From positions 160,001-224,000 of the forward strand of contig CAVTHO010000009.1 of NCBI GenBank assembly GCA_963734545.1: a stretch of 64,000 nt of DNA. The letters run 5' to 3'. The notes beneath the pieces were generated by a model, which was not told the origin of the DNA, did no database searches, and was given only the letters and a program-made list of their open reading frames with translations. This DNA is from an uncultured Spirochaetota bacterium (lineage in GTDB: Bacteria; Spirochaetota; Spirochaetia; SZUA-6; Fen-1364). The translations under genes were made by a program, and so were the position numbers. Below are positions 1 through 10,020 of this stretch, in pieces (position 1 is the stretch's first letter; each line of letters opens with the position of its first letter).

Positions 1-363
1 CGCGTCGAGCAGGGAGCGGGACGCGCTGTAGAGGACGTCAAACACGACAAAGCTGACCGGCCAGGCGCCGGCACCGTGTCTGCTTTGAAGGACGAGCTCG
101 AAATCAGGCTTGCCGTCGCGAAGAACAACCAGCTCCCCGTCCAGGACGAGGCCGTCGGGGAGCGCGGCCAGGCCGGCAAGGGACGGGTAGCGCGCGGTGA
201 TATCCACCCCGTTGCGGCTCACAAGGCGATGCGCGCCGCGCTCCACCAGGGCCTGCGTGCGGATGCCGTCCCACTTGAACTCGAAGAAATGGGCGTCCGA
301 ATCGAATGGCTGGCCGAGGACGGCGAGCATGGGGGGCACGAACCGGGGAAGCGCCTTATCCAA
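1..363 (-). CDS. ligD: ATP-dependent DNA ligase, LigD ligase-domain type (partial, runs off the window)
   Basis: Manual translation from TTG 363: MDKALPRFVPPMLA...FEFKWDGIR (KxDG motif I)...LVLDGELV (III)...FVVFDVL (IIIa); overlaps the Ku stop codon. Confidence 0.85.
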   Translation of the reverse strand, partial: MDKALPRFVPPMLAVLGQPFDSDAHFFEFKWDGIRTQALVERGAHRLVSRNGVDITARYPSLAGLAALPDGLVLDGELVVLRDGKPDFELVLQSRHGAGAWPVSFVVFDVLYSASRSLLDA

Positions 364-1255
364 CCTTCTTCTTCTTGGTCGTTGCGGCTTTGGCCGGCTT
401 GGCGCTGGGAGCCTGCTTGAGCCCCGCCTTTGCCGCCTGCTTGTCCTCCACCGTTGCCTGCGCGCCGCTGGCTGCCTGGGCCTCTGCCACGCTGCGCTTG
501 AGGGCCTCCATGAGATTGATGATCTTCGGCTCCTCGGGGTCACGGATCTGGACGACTTCCTTCCCCTCGATCTTCATCTGGATCAGCTTTGTCAGCTTTT
601 CCTTGTACACGTCGTGATACTTTGAAAAGTCGAAGCTCTTGATCATCGAGGCTTTGATGAGCGTGTCCGCCAGGGACATTTCCGCATCGGACACTTCCGT
701 TTCAGTGATCTCGTCCTTGAACGCGGAGGCGGCCTTCACCTCGTCCTTCCGGTTCAGAACGGTCATGGCCAGCACCCCGTCTATCGGCCGCAGCATGACC
801 ACCTGCTCTTTCTGGGAGATGACCACCTCGGCCATGGCGCACACCTGGTTCGCCAGCATGCCCTTCAGCAGAAGGTTGTACGGTTTCTGGCCCACGGGCC
901 CGTCCGGCGTCAGGAAGTAGGTCCGGCCGCCCAGGTAGATCGTGCTGAGGTCCTCCGGCTTGATGAACCCGTCTATCCGGATGGACTTGTCGCTCTCGGT
1001 GCGCAGCTTGTCGATCTCATCCTCGTCGATGATGACATACTGCCCTTTCGAGTACTCGTAGCCCTTGACGATCTCCTCGCTGCTGACTTCACCAACCTCA
1101 GGGGCGAACTTCTTGTACTGGATCCGCGTGTGGGTTTTTGCGTGAAGCTGGTGGAGCGTGATGTCGCTCCCGGTCGACGTGGACGTATATGCCTTGACTG
1201 GCACTGAAACCAGGCTGAGCTTCAAGAACCCCTTCCAACTGGCATGGGCTGCCAT
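356..1255 (-). CDS. ku: Ku protein (NHEJ)
   Basis: SWKGFLKLSLVSVPVK N-terminus, IVKGYEYSKGQY, INLMEALKRS and basic tail; GAGGAGG RBS. Confidence 0.95.
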   Translation of the reverse strand: MAAHASWKGFLKLSLVSVPVKAYTSTSTGSDITLHQLHAKTHTRIQYKKFAPEVGEVSSEEIVKGYEYSKGQYVIIDEDEIDKLRTESDKSIRIDGFIKPEDLSTIYLGGRTYFLTPDGPVGQKPYNLLLKGMLANQVCAMAEVVISQKEQVVMLRPIDGVLAMTVLNRKDEVKAASAFKDEITETEVSDAEMSLADTLIKASMIKSFDFSKYHDVYKEKLTKLIQMKIEGKEVVQIRDPEEPKIINLMEALKRSVAEAQAASGAQATVEDKQAAKAGLKQAPSAKPAKAATTKKKKVG

Positions 1256-1454
1256 GAACGCCTCCTCGTACTGCCGTCACAGCGGGATGGGACACGGTCG
1301 TCGGCTCCCCGAAGCGGCCATACCTTCCCAATTCACTAAGGTATTGTCGGCATATTTCGAAGTCAACTTCCTGGGACCGGGAAGCGCCTGGCGCGCATGT
1401 GTGCACACACGGAGGCGAATACAGGGGCAGGCCCGCACGAGAAATCCAGGATTC

Positions 1455-1483
1455 TTGACACATAAGGTAGGAATTCATACGAT
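1455..1483 (+). promoter_or_regulatory. sigma70-type promoter of the TA operon (leaderless)
   Basis: TTGACA-17nt-TACGAT, ATG 6 nt downstream, no SD. Confidence 0.75.
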
Positions 1484-1489
1484 ATTGGT

Positions 1490-1711
1490 ATGAAAACAAC
1501 GGTCTCGGAAAAGGGCCAGGTCACCATCCCGAAGGCAATTCGGGACAAGCTGGGTCTCCGGCCCGGTACAGTCCTGGACTTCGATGCAATAGAGGGGAAG
1601 TTGATAGGAGTGAAAAAGGAGCAGGATGACCGCATCGGCCGATGGCTCGGCAAGGGATCCCTTCCCGGCGCGCTTTCCGTGGACGACTATCTGCGGCGGA
1701 TCCGCGGATGA
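1490..1711 (+). CDS. AbrB/MazE/SpoVT-family antitoxin
   Basis: VSEKGQVTIPKAIRDKLGLRPG motif. Confidence 0.92.
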   Translation: MKTTVSEKGQVTIPKAIRDKLGLRPGTVLDFDAIEGKLIGVKKEQDDRIGRWLGKGSLPGALSVDDYLRRIRG

Positions 1712-2119
1712 TCACCGCAGTGGACAGCTCCGTCATCCTTGACGTGTTGACCGGGGACCAGGGCAATACGTCTGCGAGCCTCGCCGCTCTGCGAAAAGCT
1801 TCGCGGGAAGGCCGGTTGATTGTCAGCGAGAGTGTGGTTGCCGAGGTTCGGCCGGTATTTGAATCCAATTCCCTCTTCGAGGAGTTTCTGGGGGACTGGG
1901 GCCTGGAGTTCATGCCCTCCACGCTGCGCAGCTCGATCCGGGCGGGCGAGATGTTCCGTCAGATGCTGGCACGGAAGAAAAAGCAGGAGGGCAGGATACT
2001 GCCCGGATTTCCTTATTGGCGCGCACGCGCTCGAACACGCTGATCGATTGCTTGCCAGGGATCGGGGTTTCCTGCGCGACTACTTCACCGAGCTGGCCCT
2101 CTGGGACCCGTCGCGATAG
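1708..2119 (+). CDS. vapC: PIN-domain VapC toxin (frameshift ~2003)
   Basis: [12 protein letters not shown]...VVAE, then PDFLIGAHA...LLARDRGF in the next frame; ATGA overlap with the antitoxin. Confidence 0.88.
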
Positions 2120-2162
2120 CCCGCCTGGGAGGGACGCAGGATTGAGAGACAAAAGGGAGCTG

Positions 2163-2771
2163 ATGCAACTGGAGCTTGCCGAATGGCGCAGACTGACAGG
2201 GGAGCTGTATGCGGCGGTACGCACGTCCTCCACGGGAGAGGGCGAGCAGGCGTGGAGAGCTTTTGTGAACACGCGGAGCGAAATGTTCCGCGCCCACCCT
2301 CAATCGCCGCTTACTGCCCGACAAAAGAAGACCTTCCAGGCGCTGCTCTACTTCCCGTACAATCCGGCCTGGCGATTTCAGGTCCGGGCAGAGCCTCTCG
2401 AGACCGCGGCCGCTGCCCGATCGCTGGCCGTCGATCTGCCGGAAGGAAAGGCCGGTCTCCTGCCTTTTGCGCACGTCCACTTTGCCTCTGTGCAGCTCAC
2501 GCTGTACTGGATCGAAGGGTACGGTGGGGGACTCTTCCTGCCTTTCAAGGACAGGACGAACGGCACCGAGACATACGGCGGGGGCCGCTATCTGTACGAC
2601 ACGATCAAGGGCGCGGACCTCGGAGCCGGTCCTGACACGATGCTGCTCGACTTCAACTTCGCCTACAATCCCTCGTGCGCATACAGCCCGCAGTGGACGT
2701 GTCCGCTCGCGCCTGCGGAAAACAACCTGCCGCTGCGTATCGAGGCGGGAGAGCTTGCTTTCGAAGGGTGA
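2163..2771 (+). CDS. DUF1684 family protein
   Basis: FKDRTNGTETYGGGRYL and LDFNFAYNPSCAYSPQWTCPLAP. Confidence 0.9.
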   Translation: MQLELAEWRRLTGELYAAVRTSSTGEGEQAWRAFVNTRSEMFRAHPQSPLTARQKKTFQALLYFPYNPAWRFQVRAEPLETAAAARSLAVDLPEGKAGLLPFAHVHFASVQLTLYWIEGYGGGLFLPFKDRTNGTETYGGGRYLYDTIKGADLGAGPDTMLLDFNFAYNPSCAYSPQWTCPLAPAENNLPLRIEAGELAFEG

Positions 2772-2775
2772 GCGC

Positions 2776-3477
2776 CTATCGCGAGGCCCGCTTCGGCGCT
2801 GCCCGCCGTGTGAGCTCCCTGGGCGGCGGCGGGGTGAGGCCTTTGGTTACCCGCGTCCCGATGGATTTCATCAACGGCCCCACGACCTTCTTGAATGGAA
2901 TAGCAAGCGGATAGTCGTGATTGTACGGCGCAGCCCAGTGCCGCCCGATGAGGGTCGCGTAGACCGACAGGGTCTGCTTGGCGGCCATGAAGTCCCGCGC
3001 GCTGAGAATCTCGTCGGCAAGTCCGAACGGGATGCTCCGCATGAGCGAGCCCCGCGCGTACTCCACTGCCCATACTCCATCCGTGAAGTTCATGCCGCAG
3101 GCCTGGCCTTTGCCCACGAAGATGCGGTCTCCCGGTCGGTACACCCGCTTTTCGAACTGCCCCTCGGCGTAGTACCAGGTCTCCCCGTCGATCACCGTGT
3201 CCCAGAACGCCACGCGGTGGCGCCCCGAGTGGCCTTCGGAACCGATGGGGGTGCCCCAGATCATCACGTACTCCTGGAGCGACGCGAAGTAGAGCTTCAT
3301 CTGGATCATCGCGCCCCCTGCAATGCTGTAGATCCAGGGCTGGCTGTTGTCGATATGGCCCGGGTAGCGCTCCTCGACCGCCCGCGCGAACACATCGAAC
3401 ATCTCCGGCTTGCGATGGCCCAGACAGGCCATGGCACACTCATCGATCACCTCGGGGTCGAAAATGTATCTCTTCAT
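2776..3477 (-). CDS. ERG2 / sigma-1 receptor family protein (C-8 sterol isomerase-like)
   Basis: WIYSIAGGAM..LYFASLQEYVMIWGTPIGSEGHSGRH..DT..VEYARG matches the sigma1R/ERG2 core; AGGAG RBS before ATG 3477. Confidence 0.85.
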   Translation of the reverse strand: MKRYIFDPEVIDECAMACLGHRKPEMFDVFARAVEERYPGHIDNSQPWIYSIAGGAMIQMKLYFASLQEYVMIWGTPIGSEGHSGRHRVAFWDTVIDGETWYYAEGQFEKRVYRPGDRIFVGKGQACGMNFTDGVWAVEYARGSLMRSIPFGLADEILSARDFMAAKQTLSVYATLIGRHWAAPYNHDYPLAIPFKKVVGPLMKSIGTRVTKGLTPPPPRELTRRAAPKRASR

Positions 3478-3533
3478 GGCTCTCCTCGCATGACACACAT
3501 GGTAGCCGAGCTTGCATAGGTTGGCAAGGTACT

Positions 3534-4793
3534 CTATGAGATCATCCTGGCCAGGAACTTCGAACGGAAGGTGTTCCCCATCACCACCCGCTGAACGGGA
3601 GGAAGCGCAAGGAACGCCCCCACCACGGCACGGAGAAAGCGATGGCTCGCAAGGTTGGGATTGTTGAAAAGGAAATTCTGCAGAGTGCCGCGTTCGAGCG
3701 CCTGAAGCACAACTCTTTCGACCGTATTCTCGGGCAGGAGGACCCTCTGTCCGCGCGGGACGAGACGCATTGCTTTCTTCCGGCAGGCAAGACCGCACAC
3801 CCCGCAGCCGATGCAGAACGTCGAGTCCACGGCAGGCTTCCGGGTCGCCGGCGTGCTGTCACTCATCTGGATTGCATCAATCGGACAGGCGTCGGCGCAC
3901 CTCCCGCAGCCCGCGCAGAGCGCGTTATTGCATTCGGCAATGAAGCGTGATGTCACAAGGATGTTCGGATACCCGAACTTCCTTATTCCGTTGAGGACGG
4001 TGCAGCAGCACTTGCAGCAGAGACAGATGAACTGGACGTCCCGCCGGACATTATCCGCGTTCAGGACGAGCCTCATTTCCTTTGCCCGCGCGAGCAGCTC
4101 ATGCAGCTCGCTCCTCGATACCGGCCGGGCAAGATTCCTGCGCACCGCGTAGTCGACGTCCCGCCCGAAGCTCACGCACATCTCCAGCGGGCTCTCGCAA
4201 TTCTTCTGGCCCAGGTGGAGCATCTTGTGCCGGCACGAGCAGATGCCGACCGCCGCGCCGGGTGCCTGATCAACCAGGGCGCTTGCTTTCTCATGGTCCA
4301 GCACTTCAACGTGCGGCGATGCAACCGCGTCAACGTGGGGGATGGTGCGCAGGACCGATACTTTCTGACCACGTCCGAAATTGGCTTTGAGGAACTCGTC
4401 GCTTCCCAGCAGGTAATCCTTGAAGAGCTTCGCCATGCGGGCAAAATCAAGCTCGCCGTCCGTGCGCATCATGGTGTATTCGAAAATCCCGATGACCATG
4501 GGCGAGACGGTGTAGTGGAACTCATCACCGATCTCGAGGTCCATGACCAGCCCCTTTGCGGCGAGTCTTTCCAGCGCCCGGCGAAGTTTCTCCACCTCGA
4601 TGCCCGTGATCTGTCGAAGACGCGGAAGTGTCGTGAGCCCCGCGGGTATCCGGGAAACGAGCTCCGCCTCCTCGACGGTGTACAGCTCACGCAGGACCGC
4701 GCGGAGAGCCTCGTTCCATGGAGTGCGGACGGTGAGCCCGTCGATTGCAGTGCCCAGATCCCGGTAGACATCCTTGGATGCGAGATGACCCAT
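3534..4793 (-). CDS. 4Fe-4S dicluster protein with N-terminal HTH-like region
   Basis: CAGCGRCADACP and CIGCGVCGLAC, plus CSCRH and ICLCCKCCC clusters. Confidence 0.85.
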   Translation of the reverse strand: MGHLASKDVYRDLGTAIDGLTVRTPWNEALRAVLRELYTVEEAELVSRIPAGLTTLPRLRQITGIEVEKLRRALERLAAKGLVMDLEIGDEFHYTVSPMVIGIFEYTMMRTDGELDFARMAKLFKDYLLGSDEFLKANFGRGQKVSVLRTIPHVDAVASPHVEVLDHEKASALVDQAPGAAVGICSCRHKMLHLGQKNCESPLEMCVSFGRDVDYAVRRNLARPVSRSELHELLARAKEMRLVLNADNVRRDVQFICLCCKCCCTVLNGIRKFGYPNILVTSRFIAECNNALCAGCGRCADACPIDAIQMSDSTPATRKPAVDSTFCIGCGVCGLACRKKAMRLVPRGQRVLLPENTVERVVLQALERGTLQNFLFNNPNLASHRFLRAVVGAFLALPPVQRVVMGNTFRSKFLARMIS

Positions 4794-4795
4794 GT

Positions 4796-6052
4796 CTAGC
4801 CTCCGGCTGTCTCGGCCGCCGGGCTCTTTCGTGAACCTGCCACGAGCGCCAGCACCGCGCCGGCCGCAAAGAGGACGATATTCAGAACAAACGGCAGGTC
4901 CTTGTTCATGCCGGAGAGAGTTCCGGCAATCCATCCGAACGGTGACGTGAGCAGGATGATGCCCACGGCAAGAATCGACAGAATACGGGCGCGTTCCTTC
5001 GCGCTTATGGTCAGCACGGTCATCCTGTCCACGAGCGGATTGACGGCGGCAAAGCTGCACGCTTCCAGGACAACACTGACAATGAGAGAAGGATATCCGT
5101 GTTCGGGGGTGGTGATCAGCACCACCTGGCTCGCGACAAACCCGAGAAACCCGACAACCATCGGCACCTTGAAGTGCATCTTGTTCAGGCGCGGCATCAG
5201 GACAATGAAGAATGCGATCATGAAGGCGGATTTGATAAAGGGAAAAATGGCAATGCTCTCGGCAGGGAAATGCAGCTTCTCTGTTACGATAATCGCCCAG
5301 AAGGTGCCGCTGATCAGGCTGGAAATGCTGAGCACGAGCATAATGCCGGCGGTAAGCAGGGTCCATGGAGTGCGCACGAGCTCGGACAACACGTGCCTGT
5401 ACTCGCGGAGCACGTGGAACATGCTCTGATTGCGCGTCTCCTGCAGACGGATCTTCCCCTGTGCGGTCTCTTCAGTGATTACATATGTCACGATTGCTTT
5501 GACCGCAAACATAAAAGCCGCAAACAGATACAGGCCGCGCATGGTGGGAATAAGCGAAAAGATGCCGATCAACACCCCTGCCAGCGGCGCGATGAACCCC
5601 ACGATCAGGTTCGCAATGTAGATCCAGGTGTAGATATCCACCAACTGACGGGGGTCGGCATCCTCCACCAGCAGGCACGACCATGAATTATGGGTGATGC
5701 GCCAGGCGCTGTTGACAACGCCCGCAGCCAGGAAATACCAGAAGTTCTGCGCCAGTGCCGAGATCAAGGACGGGACCGTCCACGCCAGTATGTCGAAGAT
5801 CAGGGTGGTGCGGCGGCGTCCCAGCTTGTCGGTCAATACTCCGCTCAGCAGGGCAAAGGCGATCTGGAACCCCCAACTGATGCTGAGGATCAGGCCGATC
5901 TGCCTGTCCGCCAGGCCGAGGGATACCATGTAAATAGAAACATAGGGGATGTATAGATTGTAGGGGATGGCCCACAAGGGCTCGGTATAGACGCACCCGC
6001 GCGGGTTCCCGCGCAGGCTTTTCAGAGTGATGATGAGGGAATGGTCATTCAT
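4796..6052 (-). CDS. MFS transporter
   Basis: GVLTDKLGRR motif A, about 12 hydrophobic segments; start MNDHSLII. Confidence 0.9.
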   Translation of the reverse strand: MNDHSLIITLKSLRGNPRGCVYTEPLWAIPYNLYIPYVSIYMVSLGLADRQIGLILSISWGFQIAFALLSGVLTDKLGRRRTTLIFDILAWTVPSLISALAQNFWYFLAAGVVNSAWRITHNSWSCLLVEDADPRQLVDIYTWIYIANLIVGFIAPLAGVLIGIFSLIPTMRGLYLFAAFMFAVKAIVTYVITEETAQGKIRLQETRNQSMFHVLREYRHVLSELVRTPWTLLTAGIMLVLSISSLISGTFWAIIVTEKLHFPAESIAIFPFIKSAFMIAFFIVLMPRLNKMHFKVPMVVGFLGFVASQVVLITTPEHGYPSLIVSVVLEACSFAAVNPLVDRMTVLTISAKERARILSILAVGIILLTSPFGWIAGTLSGMNKDLPFVLNIVLFAAGAVLALVAGSRKSPAAETAGG

Positions 6053-6148
6053 TACGTGTATGCGGAAGTATGGAGCGAAATTGACTCCCGCGTCCACGGC
6101 ACATACTATGGTCCAGAGGGTCACCGGGAGCCGGCAGTCATCGAATCG

Positions 6149-6973
6149 ATGGAATCGACCGTCCAAGATCTTGCGCATCTCATGCGGGGCCGCAGGACGC
6201 TGGTTCTCAGCGGGGCGGGAATCAGCACGGAGTCGGGAATTCCAGACTATCGCGGCCCGAATGGTTCCCTGCGGACGCGCCACCCCATGCAATATCACGA
6301 GTTCGTCGGATCCGCGGAAGCGCGCCGGCGATACTGGGCTCGCAGCGCGATCGGCTGGGCCCAGGTGGGCAAGGCCCTGCCCAACAGGGGCCATGCCGCC
6401 ATCGCCCGACTCGAGCAGCTCGGGGTCGTCACCGGTGTGATCACGCAGAACGTCGATGGCCTGCACCAGGCGGCAGGAAGCCGCCGGGTGCTCGAGCTGC
6501 ACGGCTCGCTCGCGGAAGTCCGCTGCTTGTCGTGCGGTTTCTTGGAGATGCGCGACCACCTGCAGGGCCGGCTTCTCGAGGAAAACCCTGGATGGGCTTC
6601 CTCGCCGGTTGAGGCGGCCCCGGATGGGGACGCCGAGATACCACTTGAAACCGTGGCTTCCTTTTCGATTCCGAGCTGCCTCCGGTGCGGAGGAGTCCTC
6701 AAGCCGGATGTGGTATTCTTCGGTGAGAGCGTGCCCAGGCCCCGAGTGGAGGCCGCATGGGGCATGCTGGCAGAGGCGGGGTTGCTCCTGGTTGTCGGCT
6801 CGTCTCTGGCGATTTTTTCCGGGCTCAGATTTGTGCGCCAGGCGGCCAGGGAGAACAAGCCTGTGGCCATCGTGAACCAGGGAGATACCCGGGGGGACGA
6901 AGTGGCAGCGGTCCGGATAGGAGGGCGCCTGGGTGACGTCCTCCCCTCGCTGCTGGACGCATTGGAGGGGTGA
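6149..6973 (+). CDS. cobB: NAD-dependent deacylase, class II (SIRT4-like) sirtuin
   Basis: GAGISTESGIPDYRG, TQNVDGLH, ELHG, APDGDA, CxxC pairs, LKPDVVFFGE. Confidence 0.9.
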   Translation: MESTVQDLAHLMRGRRTLVLSGAGISTESGIPDYRGPNGSLRTRHPMQYHEFVGSAEARRRYWARSAIGWAQVGKALPNRGHAAIARLEQLGVVTGVITQNVDGLHQAAGSRRVLELHGSLAEVRCLSCGFLEMRDHLQGRLLEENPGWASSPVEAAPDGDAEIPLETVASFSIPSCLRCGGVLKPDVVFFGESVPRPRVEAAWGMLAEAGLLLVVGSSLAIFSGLRFVRQAARENKPVAIVNQGDTRGDEVAAVRIGGRLGDVLPSLLDALEG

Positions 6974-6993
6974 TCGAAAAAAGGAGCTGAAAC

Positions 6994-7581
6994 ATGATGT
7001 CGCATCCATTCAAGTGGGTTTCGGAGTCGTCGAGAAAAACGGTCTTCTGGGTCCTCTTTGGCCTCGCAATACTATTGATGATCGCCCTCCAGGTCCTCGG
7101 AGCGCCTTTGAAGACACAGGCCGCGCCGGCAGGAATCGTATCATTCGAGCTTGCGGGAAGCATCAATGCCGCTGAAAAGATCGTGAGCTCGTGGGACGGG
7201 CAGGCAAGGACGTACGCGGGCCTCAACCTGGGACTCGATTATCTGTTCATTTTCGCGTATGCGGGCGCGATCGGACTGGGGTGCGCTCTTCTTGCAGCAA
7301 GCGTTGCCAGGCGCCACAAGGTATTTGCCTCCATTGGATTTGTTCTCTCCTGGGCACAGCTCCTCGCCGCGGCATGCGATGCAACAGAAAACTACGCGCT
7401 CATTTCGCTTCTCCTGGGGTCCAGGGTCAATGGATTGGCCCTTCTTGCCCGTGCGTGCGCAATACCGAAGTTCCTGATCGTGCTGCTCGGGCTCGCTTAC
7501 TTTGCCTTTGCCCTCATCGTCCTGCTCGTCTGGGCGGCCCGTCGGAAGCAAAATCTGCCCTCCGGGATGCAAAGGCGGTAA
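6994..7581 (+). CDS. Conserved 4-TM membrane protein of unknown function
   Basis: Four hydrophobic helices with GIVSFELAG, LDYLFI and DATENY motifs; AGGAG RBS. Confidence 0.75.
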   Translation: MMSHPFKWVSESSRKTVFWVLFGLAILLMIALQVLGAPLKTQAAPAGIVSFELAGSINAAEKIVSSWDGQARTYAGLNLGLDYLFIFAYAGAIGLGCALLAASVARRHKVFASIGFVLSWAQLLAAACDATENYALISLLLGSRVNGLALLARACAIPKFLIVLLGLAYFAFALIVLLVWAARRKQNLPSGMQRR

Positions 7582-7649
7582 GGATCAGGACTCGCGGAAA
7601 CTGATTTTCGCTGTGCAAATCACCACCTCGGCCTTATAATCCGGGGCGT

Positions 7650-8692
7650 ATGAAGGCCCTGGTGAAAAAAGGCCCGGGAAAGCGGCTGGAGATGCAGCAG
7701 GTCCCGATGCCCGTGGTCGGGGGCAACGATCTGTTGATCCGGGTTACCAAGGCCGCCATCTGCGGCACCGACCTGCACATCTGGAACTGGGACGAGTGGT
7801 CGCAGCGCACCCTTCGGCCTCCTCTGATCACGGGACACGAGTTCGTGGGACGGATCGTCGACATGGGCGCCAAGCGTCAGCGGCTACGAGATCGGCGAGC
7901 GCGTCTCCGGCGAAGGCCACATCGTCTGCGGCGTCTGCAGGAGCTGCCGCGCGGGGCGCCGGCACCTCTGCACCAACACGGTCGGCATCGGCGTGAACCG
8001 TGACGGCTGCTTTGCGGAGTACCTCTCCCTGCCCGCGCCGAACGCCTGGCACGTGCACCCGGGGATCCCCTCGGAGATCGCCTGCTTCCTCGACCCGCTG
8101 GGAAACGCCACGCACTCTGCCCTCTCCTTCGACCTGGTGGGAGAGGACGTTCTGATCACGGGAGCGGGGCCCATCGGCATCATGGCGGCGGCCATCTGCC
8201 GGCACTGCGGCGCACAGCGGATCGTCGTCACGGACGTCAACGACTACCGCCTGGGGCTTGCTGCCAGGATGGGGGCCACCATGACGGTGAACGTGTCCCG
8301 GACCTCCATCGAGGATGCGCGGAAGGAGCTGGGGATCATCGGGTTCGACATCGGCCTGGAGATGTCGGGAAACGGCGCGGCGTTCGAGTCGATGCTGGAG
8401 AACATGTACCACGGCGGGCGTATCGCGCTGCTGGGCATCCTTCCCAACTCGACGGGAATCCGCTGGGACCAGGTGATCTTCAAGGGCCTGGTCATCAAGG
8501 GGATCTACGGCAGAGAGATCTTCGAGACCTGGTACAAGATGCAGACGATGCTGCAGAGCGGGCTCGACGTGAGCCCGGTGCTCACACACCGGTTTCCCTT
8601 CGAGCAGTTCGAGAAAGGGTTCGAGGTCATGCAGTCCGGGCAGCTGCGGCAAGGTGATCCTCGAGATCGCGGAGGATGAAGAAGATGCTTGA
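7650..8692 (+). CDS. tdh: L-threonine 3-dehydrogenase (frameshifts ~7875, ~8640)
   Basis: [43 protein letters not shown]; corrected end CGKVIL. Confidence 0.93.
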
Positions 8693-9904
8693 CCATGACG
8701 CGCGGAGGGAGCTGGGTGAGCGGATTGCCGAAATCCGTTCCGCGGGGACGTACAAGGAGGAGCGGGTCATCCAGACGCCGCAGGGGGTGCATCTTCGCGT
8801 GCGGCCGGGAAACGAGGTGCTGAACTTCTGCGCCAACAATTATCTCGGGCTCGCCTCCCACCCGCGGGTGCTCGCTGCCGCGCACGCGGCCTCGACCGCT
8901 GGGGATACGGCATGGCGTCGGTGCGTTTCATCTGCGGCACCCAGGAGGTGCACGCGGAGCTGGAGAAGCGCATGGCGGCGTTCCTGGGCACGGAGGACGC
9001 GCTGCTGTACTCTTCCTGCTTCGACGCCAACGGCGGCGTCTTCGAGCCTCTCCTGGACAAGGACTGCGCGCTCATTACCGACCAGCTCAATCACGCTTCC
9101 CTCATAGATGGCGCGCGGCTGTGCAAGGCAAATCGTTTCATCTACGCCCACGCGGACATGAGCGATCTGGCGGAGAAGCTCGGGGAGGCGTCAACCGCGC
9201 GGCTCAGGATGATCGTCACGGACGGGGTTTTCTCCATGGACGGAGACCTGGCGAACCTCCCCGAGATCTGCGCGCTTGCCGAGAAGCACAGGGCAATGGT
9301 CATGGTGGACGACAGCCACGCCACGGGATTCATCGGCAGGAAAGGCAGGGGCACGGCGGAGCACTTCGGCGTGACCGGCCGCGTGGACATTATCTCCACG
9401 ACGTTCGGCAAGGCACTCGGGGGCGCCACGGGAGGATGCCTCGCAGGCAGGAAGGAGATCGTCGAGCTCCTTCGCCAGAGGAGCAGGCCATACCTGTTCT
9501 CCAACTCGCTGGCGCCGGTGGTGGCGGGAGCGAGCATCGCCGTCATCGAGATGCTCAGTGAAAGCACCGAGCTGCGCGACAGGCTCGAAGAGAACACGGT
9601 CTTTTTCCGGCAGGCCATCACAGACGCGGGATTCGACGTGAAGCCCGGCATACACCCCATCGTTCCCATCATGCTCTACGAGGAGAGCCGGGCCGTGGAG
9701 ATGGCGCGCCGGCTCCTGGATGAGGGCATCTACGTCATCGGCTTCTCCTACCCCGTGGTGCCGAAAGGCCAGGCCCGGATTCGCGTGCAGGTCTCCGCCG
9801 TGCACACTCGAAACGACCTGGAAAAGGCCGTGTCGGCATTTGCCCGGGTGGGAAGGACCATCGGCCTGCTGAAACAGGATGCGCGGAAAAACTTGACCGT
9901 GTGA
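8685..9904 (+). CDS. kbl: 2-amino-3-ketobutyrate CoA ligase (frameshift ~8890)
   Basis: [56 protein letters not shown]. Confidence 0.93.
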
Positions 9905-10020
9905 GTCGGCCATGTTACGCTTCGAGCGCAATCCGCTGCCTTGCACGGCACACCGTGCAGTTCCGCGGATTCGGTCTTCCCGATAAACGTGCCGCCAATC
10001 CTGGATTCAGGGGGAGAGGA

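Noticed and set aside
1-2119. Prophage or mobile-element boundary
   Set aside because: No integrase, transposase, att-like repeat or phage genes seen
6149-6973. SIR2 antiphage effector (Thoeris/DSR)
   Set aside because: Canonical Zn-binding class II deacylase with no defence genes nearby
4796-7009. 737-aa MFS protein with a long N-terminal domain
   Set aside because: The extension is the antisense shadow of the sirtuin gene; the real start is 6052
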